From Calditrichia bacterium (GTDB lineage Bacteria; Calditrichota; Calditrichia; RBG-13-44-9; J075): a DNA stretch of 64,000 nt. Below the pieces are notes generated by a model. The model searched no databases, was not told the DNA's origin, and was given only the letters and a program-made list of their open reading frames with translations. This document shows positions 55,576-64,000 of the stretch, piece by piece (within the stretch, counting starts at the first letter, position 1; each line of letters starts with the position of its first letter). The DNA lies in the NCBI GenBank assembly GCA_050633245.1, contig JBOEGD010000032.1:1-64000 (forward strand), in the 5' to 3' direction. The translations under genes and the position numbers were made by a program.

Positions 55576-55658
55576 TTGTATTTTTTACAAGAGGGCTAAA
55601 CTTAGTAAATACCTGCCTCTGAAGCAATGGAAAGATGTGCGGATTGTATTTTTTGCAA
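55576..55658 (-). promoter_or_regulatory. Two TTGYA-N5-TRCAA boxes bracketing a sigma70-like promoter for the mazG-kinase-regulator operon
   Basis: TTGTATTTTTTACAA (55576-55590) and TTGTATTTTTTGCAA (55644-55658); minus-strand TTGCTT-N17-TAAGTT at 55627..55599. Confidence 0.6.
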
Positions 55659-55672
55659 TAATTTAAGTACCG

Positions 55673-55787
55673 GAACTCAGAACTCAGAACTCAGAACTCA
55701 GAACAGAGAAATGAATGAGTGGCGGATGGGGAGATGGGGTGAATGGGAGGTTTTCGAAGTCCTGCTCACTACTCACTGCTCACTCAG
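55673..55787. repeat. Heptamer/octamer arrays between rlmB and mazG
   Basis: (GAACTCA)x4.5 at 55673-55704, GATGGG-type units at about 55720-55750, (RCTCACT)x3 overlapping the rlmB stop. Confidence 0.85.
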
Positions 55788-56520
55788 TTTCCTGCGTTCG
55801 TTGACGCGCTACTTCACCAAGAATGATTCCTGCGGCTACGGAAGCATTTAAACTCTGTGTCTTACCCGTTTGCGGAATATAGAAAAGCGTATCACAATTT
55901 TTTTCCAGGCCTTCGCGAATTCCTTTGAACTCACTGCCGATAACGATTGCGCAATCGCCTGAAAAATCGGTTTCCCAAAGTGGTGTGGCTTCATCCTTAA
56001 GCATTGCACCTAAAACGCGGAAGCCATGATCCTGCAGTTGACGAACAGCGCGAGATAGATTGTCTGATTGATATATGGAGAGGTTAAAAACGGCTCCCGA
56101 TGATGCCTTCATTACGGTGTCGGTTATCGGTACGCTATCGCGCTGCGAAATAACAATACCCTGTGCACCAAGAACCTCAGCGCTGCGAATGATTGCTCCC
56201 AAATTATGCGGATCCTGAATGCGATCGGCCAGGAGCAGACATTGTGGACCCTCAACATCAGTGTTCTCGAGATACTTTTCTAGCGGAACAAGCTCCACCG
56301 GAGAAATAAGTGCAACAACTCCCTGATGTGTAACCCCGCCTACCATTTGGCTTAACTTCTTGATGTCGGCCGTTACAATAGAAATGTTTTTTTGGCGAGC
56401 CAGTGTATAGATCTTTTGAACCCGCTCATTTTTACTGCCAAACTGGACGTAAATCTTTTGAACCGGCTGTCCGTGTTCCAGCGCTTCAGTAACGGGGTTT
56501 CGACCATAAATGTAGGGCAT
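55780..56520 (-). CDS. rlmB: 23S rRNA Gm2251 methyltransferase
   Basis: IYGRNPVTEAL, HQGVVA, DPHNLGAIIRSA, IGSE, SLNASVAAG. Confidence 0.95.
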   Translation of the reverse strand: MPYIYGRNPVTEALEHGQPVQKIYVQFGSKNERVQKIYTLARQKNISIVTADIKKLSQMVGGVTHQGVVALISPVELVPLEKYLENTDVEGPQCLLLADRIQDPHNLGAIIRSAEVLGAQGIVISQRDSVPITDTVMKASSGAVFNLSIYQSDNLSRAVRQLQDHGFRVLGAMLKDEATPLWETDFSGDCAIVIGSEFKGIREGLEKNCDTLFYIPQTGKTQSLNASVAAGIILGEVARQRTQETE

Positions 56521-56807
56521 TTTTTCTCCTTGAACAGCTTAAGGGCTATCTGAGTGACCACCGCTTTTCATCATAGACTCTCAGAAGGTTGTTGTATTCT
56601 TTTGCACGTACTCGCGCGCAAGTTAATCAGACAATTGTCTAAGAGAAAGCAGAAAGCAAATTGCGGTGTCGGGCAAGTGAAAAAAGCAGGAAAGTAGTAT
56701 TCTCAAGACAAATCTATGCTTATTTTCAGAAGTTTTCCTTTATCAGGTGAACCTATTTAAAAAAAGATCGTTTATGACTGCAGAACAAAAAATGTCTGCA
56801 TCGGGGT

Positions 56808-59411
56808 TTGGCGTTGAAAACGTATAGCTTGTTCCTACTCTTTTTGTTGTTTACACCGGCACTTGCTCAGCTGCAGGATGAAGCGGTACGTTCAGATAGC
56901 AGTAGTATCGTGCAGCGTCCTGATAGCAGCAATAGTCTGGTGCAAGACTCCATGCAGACGTTGCAAGCTCCTCCCGGTAGCGGCATTGATGGGCCAATCC
57001 GCTATTCCGCCGACCTTATTACCTTCCACGTTGCTGAAAAAACTACCGAGATGGAAGGTAACGTTAAAATTGTATATGGTGAGTTGACTCTTGATGCTGC
57101 GAAGGTGCAGATAAACTGGACCGAAAATCGTATGATTGCCGAAGCAGTTGCTGATTCTGTCGACTCACTGGGAAACCCGGTGTTGCGTGGGCGTCCGACT
57201 TTATTGGAAGAAGGTGAACCGCCCATTGTCGGCCTAAAGCTGGAGTATGATTTTAAGTCGCAACGCGGAAAGGTGCTCGAAGGAAGGACGAATATGGATC
57301 CCGGCTATTATCGTGGAAGCGACATCCGAAAAGTTGGCGATGAAACGCTGCTGATTCAGGATGCCTATTTTACTTCCTGCGATCATGACCATCCTCATTT
57401 CTACTTCCGAAGTCAAAAGCTGCGCATGCGCGTTCGAAAAACAGCCGTGGCTAAACCCGTCGTCCTCTACATTGCCGATGTACCTATTCTTGCCGCTCCC
57501 TTTGCTTTTTTTTCACTCAAGCGAGGCAGACGTTCTGGCATAATTTTACCTACATATGGCGAAAACAGTCGAGCTGGTCGCAGCCTGCAGCGGTTCGGTT
57601 TTTACTGGGCTGCCTCAGATTATTGGGACGCTACGCTGTTGGCCAATTTCTACGAGAAAACAGGTGTGGCGTATACCGGATCGGTGCAGTATAAAACTCG
57701 CTATGCACTTAATGGTTCAATTAATGCCGATTATGCCCCAAAGGATGTGCTTACCGGAGCAAAGCGCGAACGCTGGGCCATGCGCTTTAGTCATAATCAA
57801 ACGCTGGGCGAAAATACCACGATTAACGGCAGCGGAAGTTTTGTAAGTGATAAAGACTTTACGCGTGATCTTTCGGAAGACATTAATGCTCGGCTCGAAC
57901 AACAGCTTCGAACCAATGTGACACTTCGGCGTAAGTTACCGGGGCAGCGGCAACTGTCGGTAAATGCTTCGCGTGATGAAAACCTTCAGACGGGTCAGGT
58001 TGGCTATACATTGCCAGACGTCATATATTCGCAAACAAGTCGCAGCATTATTCCATCAAGCGGGCTTGAGAAATCCTGGTATAATAATATTCAGTACGGC
58101 TATGGCTCGAAGATTCGCTCGCGCTTTGATAAAACGCCGGATCAAATCAATGATAGCACGGATGTGACTGAAACGTTCCTCGAAACGACTTCGGCAGGGT
58201 GGGAGCATAACGCCACGCTAAGCTTTACCGGTTTAAAGGTGTTAAAGCACTTTAGAATCAACCCGAGCGTAAGGGCTGTTGAACTTTGGGTGCCGCGTAG
58301 TCTGGAGTATTCTCTGGACGACTCTACACAAACGCTCATTTCCAAAGAAGTTGATGGTTTTCGGGCTCGCCATACGTATTCTGCTTCGGCAACCATGAAC
58401 ACCACTTTATATGGCCTTTGGGAGATTCCCTTCTCTCCAATGAAGGTGATTCGTCATAAAATTGATCCCAGTATCGGATTCTCGTACACGCCGGATTTTG
58501 GCGATGAGAGCTATGATTATTTTCAATCATTTACTACCTCAAGCGGTGATGTGCTGTATGGTGATCGCTTTGGGCGCGATATTAATCCGTTTTCTACCGT
58601 TGGTCGAGGCGAAAGCCGATCGCTGACTATGTCGGTAAACAACCTTTTTCAGGGCAAAATACTGCGTGGTGAAGAAGAAAAGAAAATTGACCTTATTCGG
58701 GTTAATATGAATACTGCTTATAACTTCGCTGCAGACAGTATACGCCTGAACAATTTGTCTACTTCTGTTACAGCAAAGCCGGTGCAGAACTTTAATTTTA
58801 GCTTCAACTCAACACACTCCTTTTATCGAACGCGCTCTGGTACAACTTCAAGAATTGATGAGTTTGTTTGGGATGATGGTTTTAAGCTGCCCACTCTTTT
58901 AAATTGGCGGGTGTCTGCAAATACCAACTTTAGTTTGCGGCCGCCGGCACCGGATGCCGAGCAGGAACAAATTGCCGATTCGCTCGATCAGCAGTTACCC
59001 GGTGTTACCACGAACCAGCCTGGTCGACAGGGAATTGGAAATTTTGGTAATGACTTTGGTGAATACCGTGATTTAAATATCCCCTGGAGCCTGAACGCGG
59101 CGCTTAACTTTAGCTATAACAAGGACGTTATCAACGATAATACAACGTGGAATTTTGATACCTTTCTTAACGGACGAATTCAGTTGACCAAGAAATGGCA
59201 GATTAACTATACTGCACAGGTCGATTTGCGAGAGCAAGCGATTGATCGTCAGGAATTCCGAATCTCGCGTGATCTGCACTGTTGGACCATGAACTTTCGT
59301 TGGGCGCCTAATCCGAGCTTTAGTTCGTATCGACTTGAAATTCGCGTGAATGCTTCCGCGCTCCAGGATCTGAAGGTGACCAAAACATCAAGTGGCAGCA
59401 GACCCTTTTAA
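56808..59411 (+). CDS. lptD: LPS-assembly protein LptD-like
   Basis: Signal peptide, OstA-like N-terminus (IRYSAD...GNVKIVYG), FTSCD, RRSGIILP, RDLHCW near the C-terminus. Confidence 0.88.
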   Translation: MALKTYSLFLLFLLFTPALAQLQDEAVRSDSSSIVQRPDSSNSLVQDSMQTLQAPPGSGIDGPIRYSADLITFHVAEKTTEMEGNVKIVYGELTLDAAKVQINWTENRMIAEAVADSVDSLGNPVLRGRPTLLEEGEPPIVGLKLEYDFKSQRGKVLEGRTNMDPGYYRGSDIRKVGDETLLIQDAYFTSCDHDHPHFYFRSQKLRMRVRKTAVAKPVVLYIADVPILAAPFAFFSLKRGRRSGIILPTYGENSRAGRSLQRFGFYWAASDYWDATLLANFYEKTGVAYTGSVQYKTRYALNGSINADYAPKDVLTGAKRERWAMRFSHNQTLGENTTINGSGSFVSDKDFTRDLSEDINARLEQQLRTNVTLRRKLPGQRQLSVNASRDENLQTGQVGYTLPDVIYSQTSRSIIPSSGLEKSWYNNIQYGYGSKIRSRFDKTPDQINDSTDVTETFLETTSAGWEHNATLSFTGLKVLKHFRINPSVRAVELWVPRSLEYSLDDSTQTLISKEVDGFRARHTYSASATMNTTLYGLWEIPFSPMKVIRHKIDPSIGFSYTPDFGDESYDYFQSFTTSSGDVLYGDRFGRDINPFSTVGRGESRSLTMSVNNLFQGKILRGEEEKKIDLIRVNMNTAYNFAADSIRLNNLSTSVTAKPVQNFNFSFNSTHSFYRTRSGTTSRIDEFVWDDGFKLPTLLNWRVSANTNFSLRPPAPDAEQEQIADSLDQQLPGVTTNQPGRQGIGNFGNDFGEYRDLNIPWSLNAALNFSYNKDVINDNTTWNFDTFLNGRIQLTKKWQINYTAQVDLREQAIDRQEFRISRDLHCWTMNFRWAPNPSFSSYRLEIRVNASALQDLKVTKTSSGSRPF

Positions 59412-59441
59412 TTGATGAACGATGCTTGATGAATTAACCTG

Positions 59442-59535
59442 AGAACACAGAACACAGAACACAGACGGTAGACTAAGGACGGCGGAGAATAAATAGCCTA
59501 ATTGCCTAATTGTCTTTTCACCTTTCACCTTTCAC
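59442..59535. repeat. Short heptamer/octamer arrays after lptD
   Basis: (AGAACAC)x3, (GCCTAATT)x2, (TTTCACC)x2.7. Confidence 0.75.
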
Positions 59536-59552
59536 TCTTTGAACCTGTTAAT

Positions 59553-60230
59553 ATGAAAAATGCCCTCATCATGTTTATGAAAGCGCCTCGTCTTGGAACC
59601 GTAAAAACCCGGATGCAGCCGCAGTTGACGCAGAAACAATCGCAGCAACTTTATATGGCAATGGGAAATGATCTCTTTGCGCAGCACAGTTCTTGTCCGG
59701 ATTATGATCTACTCGTTTCTTTTTGGCCTCCTGACGGACTTCCGGATATGCAGCACTGGATGGGCTCGGATGCCTCGTATTTCCCACAACATAGCGGTGA
59801 TCTTGGCCTAAAGATGGAGCGGGCGTTCCAGGAAACACTGGCACGCGGTTATGAAAAAGTTTGCATTATTGGTAGCGACCTACCAACAATCGATTCTAAG
59901 CTTGTCGATCGGGCCTTTGAAAAATTGTCTAATGCCGACGCCGTATTTGGGCCGACTGTTGATGGTGGCTATTATCTAATCGCGATGAAAGAAAGTAATC
60001 CACCATTATTTGCTGATGTTGTCTGGAGTACCGAAACAGTGCTGCCAAAAACTATGGAAAACGCCACATCTGCAAATCTTAAGGTTGAGCTGCTGGAGCA
60101 GCTGCGCGATATCGATTCATTCGATGAAGTACAGGCATTATGGAATATGGTCAACTTTGCAAATAGCCCCGTTGCGAAGCAGATTCCTGCAACCACAAAC
60201 GCTCTTCGCACTATTTTTAGCGATAAATAA
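59553..60230 (+). CDS. DUF2064/TIGR04282-type nucleotide-diphospho-sugar transferase-fold protein
   Basis: KAPRLGTVKTR, GDLGLKM, IIGSDLP, GPTVDGGYYLI, WST, LRDIDSFDE. Confidence 0.88.
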   Translation: MKNALIMFMKAPRLGTVKTRMQPQLTQKQSQQLYMAMGNDLFAQHSSCPDYDLLVSFWPPDGLPDMQHWMGSDASYFPQHSGDLGLKMERAFQETLARGYEKVCIIGSDLPTIDSKLVDRAFEKLSNADAVFGPTVDGGYYLIAMKESNPPLFADVVWSTETVLPKTMENATSANLKVELLEQLRDIDSFDEVQALWNMVNFANSPVAKQIPATTNALRTIFSDK

Positions 60231-60291
60231 CGTTACCCTCGAAAAAAACTGACAGTTTGGTCGAACTTTTGCCCTTTTTTCTAATTTTTTA

Positions 60292-60318
60292 GAAACATTC
60301 CACTTAATTTCCCGTCTG
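60292..60318 (+). promoter_or_regulatory. Candidate ECF promoter
   Basis: GAAAC-N16-CGTC(TG), about 70 nt upstream of the ATG at 60387. Confidence 0.5.
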
Positions 60319-60386
60319 AACAAAGGCGACAAAAAGTCGCTTGGCTACGCATAAGCTGAAACATTGAAACATCTGGGGAATAACCT

Positions 60387-62117
60387 ATGCGTCTGAACAT
60401 GGAAACATATCGAACGAACGTGGCATTTATTTGCGTCTTGTTGCTAGGCTTGGTCGCTACAACATTGGCTCAAACGTTCACGGTTGAAATTAGCGATATT
60501 GAGCCGGACGAAATAGAATATGCCGGTTTTCGATTAGATCGCACAAGCGATGTAACTATAGATATCGTAAGTGGGCACTTGCGTGGAAAAAGCTCTTATC
60601 TGGCAACCGCGTGGATTCTAAATGCAGAGAATCGCGACGTTGTCTGGGAACTTACCGATTCAAATTCCAAATGGATGAGTCGAAAGCTACGCAACTATAA
60701 AGATACGGTCGAGTTGCCTGCCGGTAATTATGAAATATATTTCTCGGTTTTTCCGGGCTATTATTATAACAATAGCGGCTGGAGCGGTTTGAAGAACTGG
60801 ATTATGGGAAGCTCTGATCGCGACAATGATGATTCGTATGAAGAGTATTCTCTCAGTATTACCGGTAGCGGTTCAGCGCTTGAAAAACGATCGATTCGCG
60901 ACAAGCGTGAATCGATTCAAAAAAAGGCCGTTGTTGCGATCTTTGCTTCGAGAGATGACTTGTTTAAGAAGCAGGGCTTTAAGATTAAGCAGGACACCGA
61001 GCTTATGATCTATGCCTTGGGTGAAGCACGGGACGATGGTTCCTTCGACTATGGCTGGATTATCAATACAGATACACGTGAGCGTGTCTGGCAAATGGAT
61101 TATCGCAATACCGATGAAGCTGGTGGTTCTAAAAAGAATCGTATGTATAAACGTACAATTGCTTTTCCCAAAGGTAACTACGCTCTCTATTTTGTAAGCG
61201 ATGACTCTCATTCCCCTCTCGAGTGGAATGCGTCGCCGCCTTATGATCCGGAATTTTGGGGTGTGTCGCTGTATGCCGATAATTCAAGTGCAAAGGCAGC
61301 AGTAGAGCTGTTTGACTATGAAGAAGCTGAGATGAAAAATCTCATTCTCGACTTTAGTCGTCTTGGTGATGATGAATTTCGTACCGAAGGTTTCACTCTG
61401 ACGCGGGATATGGATGTTCGTATCTATGCGGTAGGTGAAGGACGGCATGGCGAAATGTTCGACTACGCATGGATAACGCGCGATAACACGCGAGAACGCG
61501 TATGGGAAATGGATTACGATGATACCGAGCATGCTGGTGGTGCCTCAAAGAACCGTTTGTTCGATGGCGTTGTTCGTCTGAAAAAGGGTAACTATGTGGC
61601 CAACTTTGTAACGGATGATTCTCACTCCTATCGCGATTGGAACTCGGCGCGGCCTTTTGACCCCGAGCGCTGGGGAATGACGATTATGAGCGTTGAGAAG
61701 GGCTTTAACAGCAAGAAAGATGTGAAGACGTATGATGAAGATGCCGGTAAGGATATTCTGGCCCGTCTTGCTCGCGTCGGTGACGATAAAAAGCTGCGAA
61801 AATCATTTACCGTATCTAAAGATGCCAGCGTGCGTGTTTACGCTATAGGTGAAGGGCGCGGTGGTGATATGTATGACTTCGCATGGATCGAAGATAAGAA
61901 TGGGCGCGTTGTCTGGGAAATGACCTATCGCATGACGTCTCATGCTGGTGGATCGAAGAAGAACCGGGTGTTTGATGGCAATGTCTATTTGAAGTCCGGC
62001 GACTATACCGTCGTATTCGAATCAGACGATTCGCATTCGTTTAAAAGTTGGAATGCTGCTGCTCCGCACGATCCGCGAGATTGGGGAGTAACGGTCTATA
62101 AAGTGAGTGGTCAATAG
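60387..62117 (+). CDS. Secreted protein with three conserved and one degenerate copies of an uncharacterised beta-rich domain
   Basis: Signal peptide ending TLA; repeat YAxGE...D(Y/F)xWI...VWxM...AGGxxKNR...GxY...(S/T)DDSHS...WN...PxDPxxWG. Confidence 0.85.
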   Translation: MRLNMETYRTNVAFICVLLLGLVATTLAQTFTVEISDIEPDEIEYAGFRLDRTSDVTIDIVSGHLRGKSSYLATAWILNAENRDVVWELTDSNSKWMSRKLRNYKDTVELPAGNYEIYFSVFPGYYYNNSGWSGLKNWIMGSSDRDNDDSYEEYSLSITGSGSALEKRSIRDKRESIQKKAVVAIFASRDDLFKKQGFKIKQDTELMIYALGEARDDGSFDYGWIINTDTRERVWQMDYRNTDEAGGSKKNRMYKRTIAFPKGNYALYFVSDDSHSPLEWNASPPYDPEFWGVSLYADNSSAKAAVELFDYEEAEMKNLILDFSRLGDDEFRTEGFTLTRDMDVRIYAVGEGRHGEMFDYAWITRDNTRERVWEMDYDDTEHAGGASKNRLFDGVVRLKKGNYVANFVTDDSHSYRDWNSARPFDPERWGMTIMSVEKGFNSKKDVKTYDEDAGKDILARLARVGDDKKLRKSFTVSKDASVRVYAIGEGRGGDMYDFAWIEDKNGRVVWEMTYRMTSHAGGSKKNRVFDGNVYLKSGDYTVVFESDDSHSFKSWNAAAPHDPRDWGVTVYKVSGQ

Positions 62118-62135
62118 AATTCACGCAATAAGTTT

Positions 62136-62173
62136 ACAAGGGCTCCGATAGCATTTGCTGTCGGAGCCCTTGT
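62136..62173 (+). terminator. Terminator-like hairpin
   Basis: ACAAGGGCTCCGATAGC-ATTT-GCTGTCGGAGCCCTTGT just after the stop. Confidence 0.7.
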
Positions 62174-62268
62174 CGTTTAGGCTTAGAATACTTCGATAGT
62201 TGCAACGCCTGTTAAAACGTCCTATATTTCCGGCCAATTTTATTTTGGGAAGCAATAGAAGGTTTATC

Positions 62269-63675
62269 ATGTCTGTAGATCATACACGTTCCTGGCGACA
62301 TCAAATTCCGCCGACTGTTGAAAAACGCCTCCAACGTCCGGAACTTCTGGATCGGCTGAAGGAGGGAGTTGCTCTTCCGGTAACCATTCTTTCTGCGCCG
62401 GCAGGCTATGGAAAAACAACGTTGCTTAGTCAATGGGCGGCCGATGCACCGAAAAAGATCGGCTGGTTAACCCTCGACCGTTTTGACAACGACCCGGCAG
62501 TTTTTCTTGAACATTTTGTTCATACCATGCAGCAGATTCAGCCATCCATCGGTAATGCTGTGTTCAAAATGCTTCAGGCTGAAAAAAAGCCCAAAATGGA
62601 AGATGTCTTGAAACGCATGTTGGATGATGTTGCATTGGTTATGTCCGATTTTGTAATTGTTCTCGATGACTATCACGTTATCTACAGCCCGCCAATTCAT
62701 GCGATGATGACCTTTATTCTTACTTATCTGCCGCCGCAGATGCACGTTGTAGTTGCCGCGCAAACCGATCCGCCGTTTGGCGATCTTGCTCGTCACCGTT
62801 CCTACGAGCGTCTGATGGAAATTCGCACGCCTTATTTTGGTTTCTCTGTGGATGAATGCGAAAAGTTATTAAAGCAGCAATTTCAAATAATGCTCCCCTA
62901 CGGGCCGATCTCAGCTATTGTGGAGACGGCAACGTCCCGTCCGATAGCGATAAACTATGTGGCACTCCTCTTGGAAGGAGACGACAAGCCAGTAACATTT
63001 GTCGATCAATATGAGAAATCTGATGGTGACTCGTTGGTGATGCCATTCGATGCTCTGCTGGAAAAAGTGGATGCTGAGCTACAGGATTTTCTGCGAGATA
63101 TTTCAATACTCGATGTGTTTAATGCCGATGTTGCCGCTGCTGTATCGGGTTGTTCTGATGCAGCTGAAAAGCTGGTAATGCTTGCGGGAAAAGGCCATGT
63201 TGTTGAATACGTTGATAGCGATAAAAAGTGGTTCCGATTGCACTCATTGGCAAGGGAGCAATTAAACCTGCGTTTGCATCGCACAGGGCTTGAACACCTT
63301 GCTGAAATTCATGCTCGCGCCGGAAAGGTCTTTGCTGTTTTGGAAATGCCGTTTCCCGCATTCTTTCACTTTTCCGAAGCGGGTGAATTTGATTTCGCCG
63401 CGGTGTTGGTTGAACAATACAGCGCATCCTGGTTACAAAAAGGACGCATGTTGAGCATCTTGAATTGGCTGAAAGTTATTCCGGAAACAACGTTGGAAAA
63501 ACGACCACAACTTGCTATTACGTCGGCATGGGTTGCTCTGGTTGGCGGGGATGTCGAAAAAGTAGCTAAGTATTTAGAACTGGCAGACGCTGCAAAGGGG
63601 GAAGGCGAAGCGGCTTCAAAGATTGCCGAAAATATTGATGCGATACAGCATTTTATATCGCAGCGTCAACAATAA
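62269..63675 (+). CDS. MalT-family STAND NTPase lacking the C-terminal LuxR HTH
   Basis: RPELLDRL, APAGYGKTTLLSQW, WLTLDRFDNDP, VLDDYH, WFRLHSL; ends after a short TPR-like stretch; probable start MSVDH. Confidence 0.85.
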   Translation: MSVDHTRSWRHQIPPTVEKRLQRPELLDRLKEGVALPVTILSAPAGYGKTTLLSQWAADAPKKIGWLTLDRFDNDPAVFLEHFVHTMQQIQPSIGNAVFKMLQAEKKPKMEDVLKRMLDDVALVMSDFVIVLDDYHVIYSPPIHAMMTFILTYLPPQMHVVVAAQTDPPFGDLARHRSYERLMEIRTPYFGFSVDECEKLLKQQFQIMLPYGPISAIVETATSRPIAINYVALLLEGDDKPVTFVDQYEKSDGDSLVMPFDALLEKVDAELQDFLRDISILDVFNADVAAAVSGCSDAAEKLVMLAGKGHVVEYVDSDKKWFRLHSLAREQLNLRLHRTGLEHLAEIHARAGKVFAVLEMPFPAFFHFSEAGEFDFAAVLVEQYSASWLQKGRMLSILNWLKVIPETTLEKRPQLAITSAWVALVGGDVEKVAKYLELADAAKGEGEAASKIAENIDAIQHFISQRQQ

Positions 63676-63677
63676 CG

Positions 63678-64000
63678 TTACTCTCGCGTTGCACCGATTA
63701 CGCGATGCAGAGTTTCCAGCAGGCGTTCCGCAGTATATGGTTTTTGCAGAAACCCATCGACACTGCGTCCCAATAGCTCCGAAATCTTACTGTCTTCCAT
63801 ATAACCACTTGATGCGATTATCTTTACGTGCGGATTGATTTTTCGAAGTGCACGAATGGTTGCGGCCCCATCCATTACCGGCATCATCATATCTGTAATA
63901 ACAATCGGTATTGCTTCCTGATGTTGCGCATAGAGCGCCACGGCCTCGGCGCCATCGTGTGCTAGCATTACGGAATAGCCATAGGTCTCAAGAGTCTCAC
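63678..64000 (-). CDS. C-terminal receiver domain of a gene starting beyond the window (probably a hybrid histidine kinase)
   Basis: Frame is open to the window edge: ETLETYGYSVMLAHDG...VITDMMMPVMDG...IIASSG...QKPY. Confidence 0.85.
   Translation of the reverse strand, partial: ETLETYGYSVMLAHDGAEAVALYAQHQEAIPIVITDMMMPVMDGAATIRALRKINPHVKIIASSGYMEDSKISELLGRSVDGFLQKPYTAERLLETLHRVIGATRE

Noticed and set aside
56592-56607. TTGTA-N6-TGCAC upstream of rlmB as an enhancer box
   Set aside because: Wrong spacing and a mismatched half-site.
1-64000. tRNA, rRNA, transposase, prophage or defence-system genes
   Set aside because: No cloverleaf, rRNA-like segment, integrase/transposase motif or recognisable defence protein was seen; intergenic gaps were checked by eye only.

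Overview
Bacterial chromosomal window of about 50 genes. The lpxC-fabZ fusion, a YPNPFNP/FlgD-type C-terminal sorting domain and the tamB-bamA-skp-lpxD order suggest an FCB-superphylum organism, possibly Calditrichota-like; this is inference, not a database result. Most of the window is core envelope and housekeeping content: Fe3+ ABC transporter, ftsEX, coaD/rsmD, asd, the bam/lpx/rseP/uppP cluster, an NSS transporter with a 37-aa MetS-like subunit too short for the ORF track, holA, an ECF sigma/anti-sigma pair, murE, mazG, rlmB and lptD. I saw no rRNA, tRNA, CRISPR array or transposase. The main leads are: (1) a readable sigma54 circuit, in which a mazG-kinase-bEBP operon is flanked by five exact copies of the palindrome TTGYA-N5-TRCAA, placed as enhancers for a -24/-12 promoter driving an 80-aa orphan plus a pseudo-receiver, and as an operator at the operon's own promoter; (2) a divergent prepilin-like/PilM-like/PilN-PilO-fusion triad in front of rsmD-coaD; (3) two paralogous Zn-finger-linker-TM-TPR proteins, one ending in a TonB_C-like domain, with candidate sigma54 promoters; (4) a PQQ-type propeller split by a multi-TM insert; (5) several degenerate enzymes or regulators (YhaM-like, GGDEF-like, MalT without an HTH); and (6) heptamer tandem arrays that start at or just after stop codons, plus REP-like palindromes. 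All motif calls were made by eye, and some start codons were moved relative to the ORF track.
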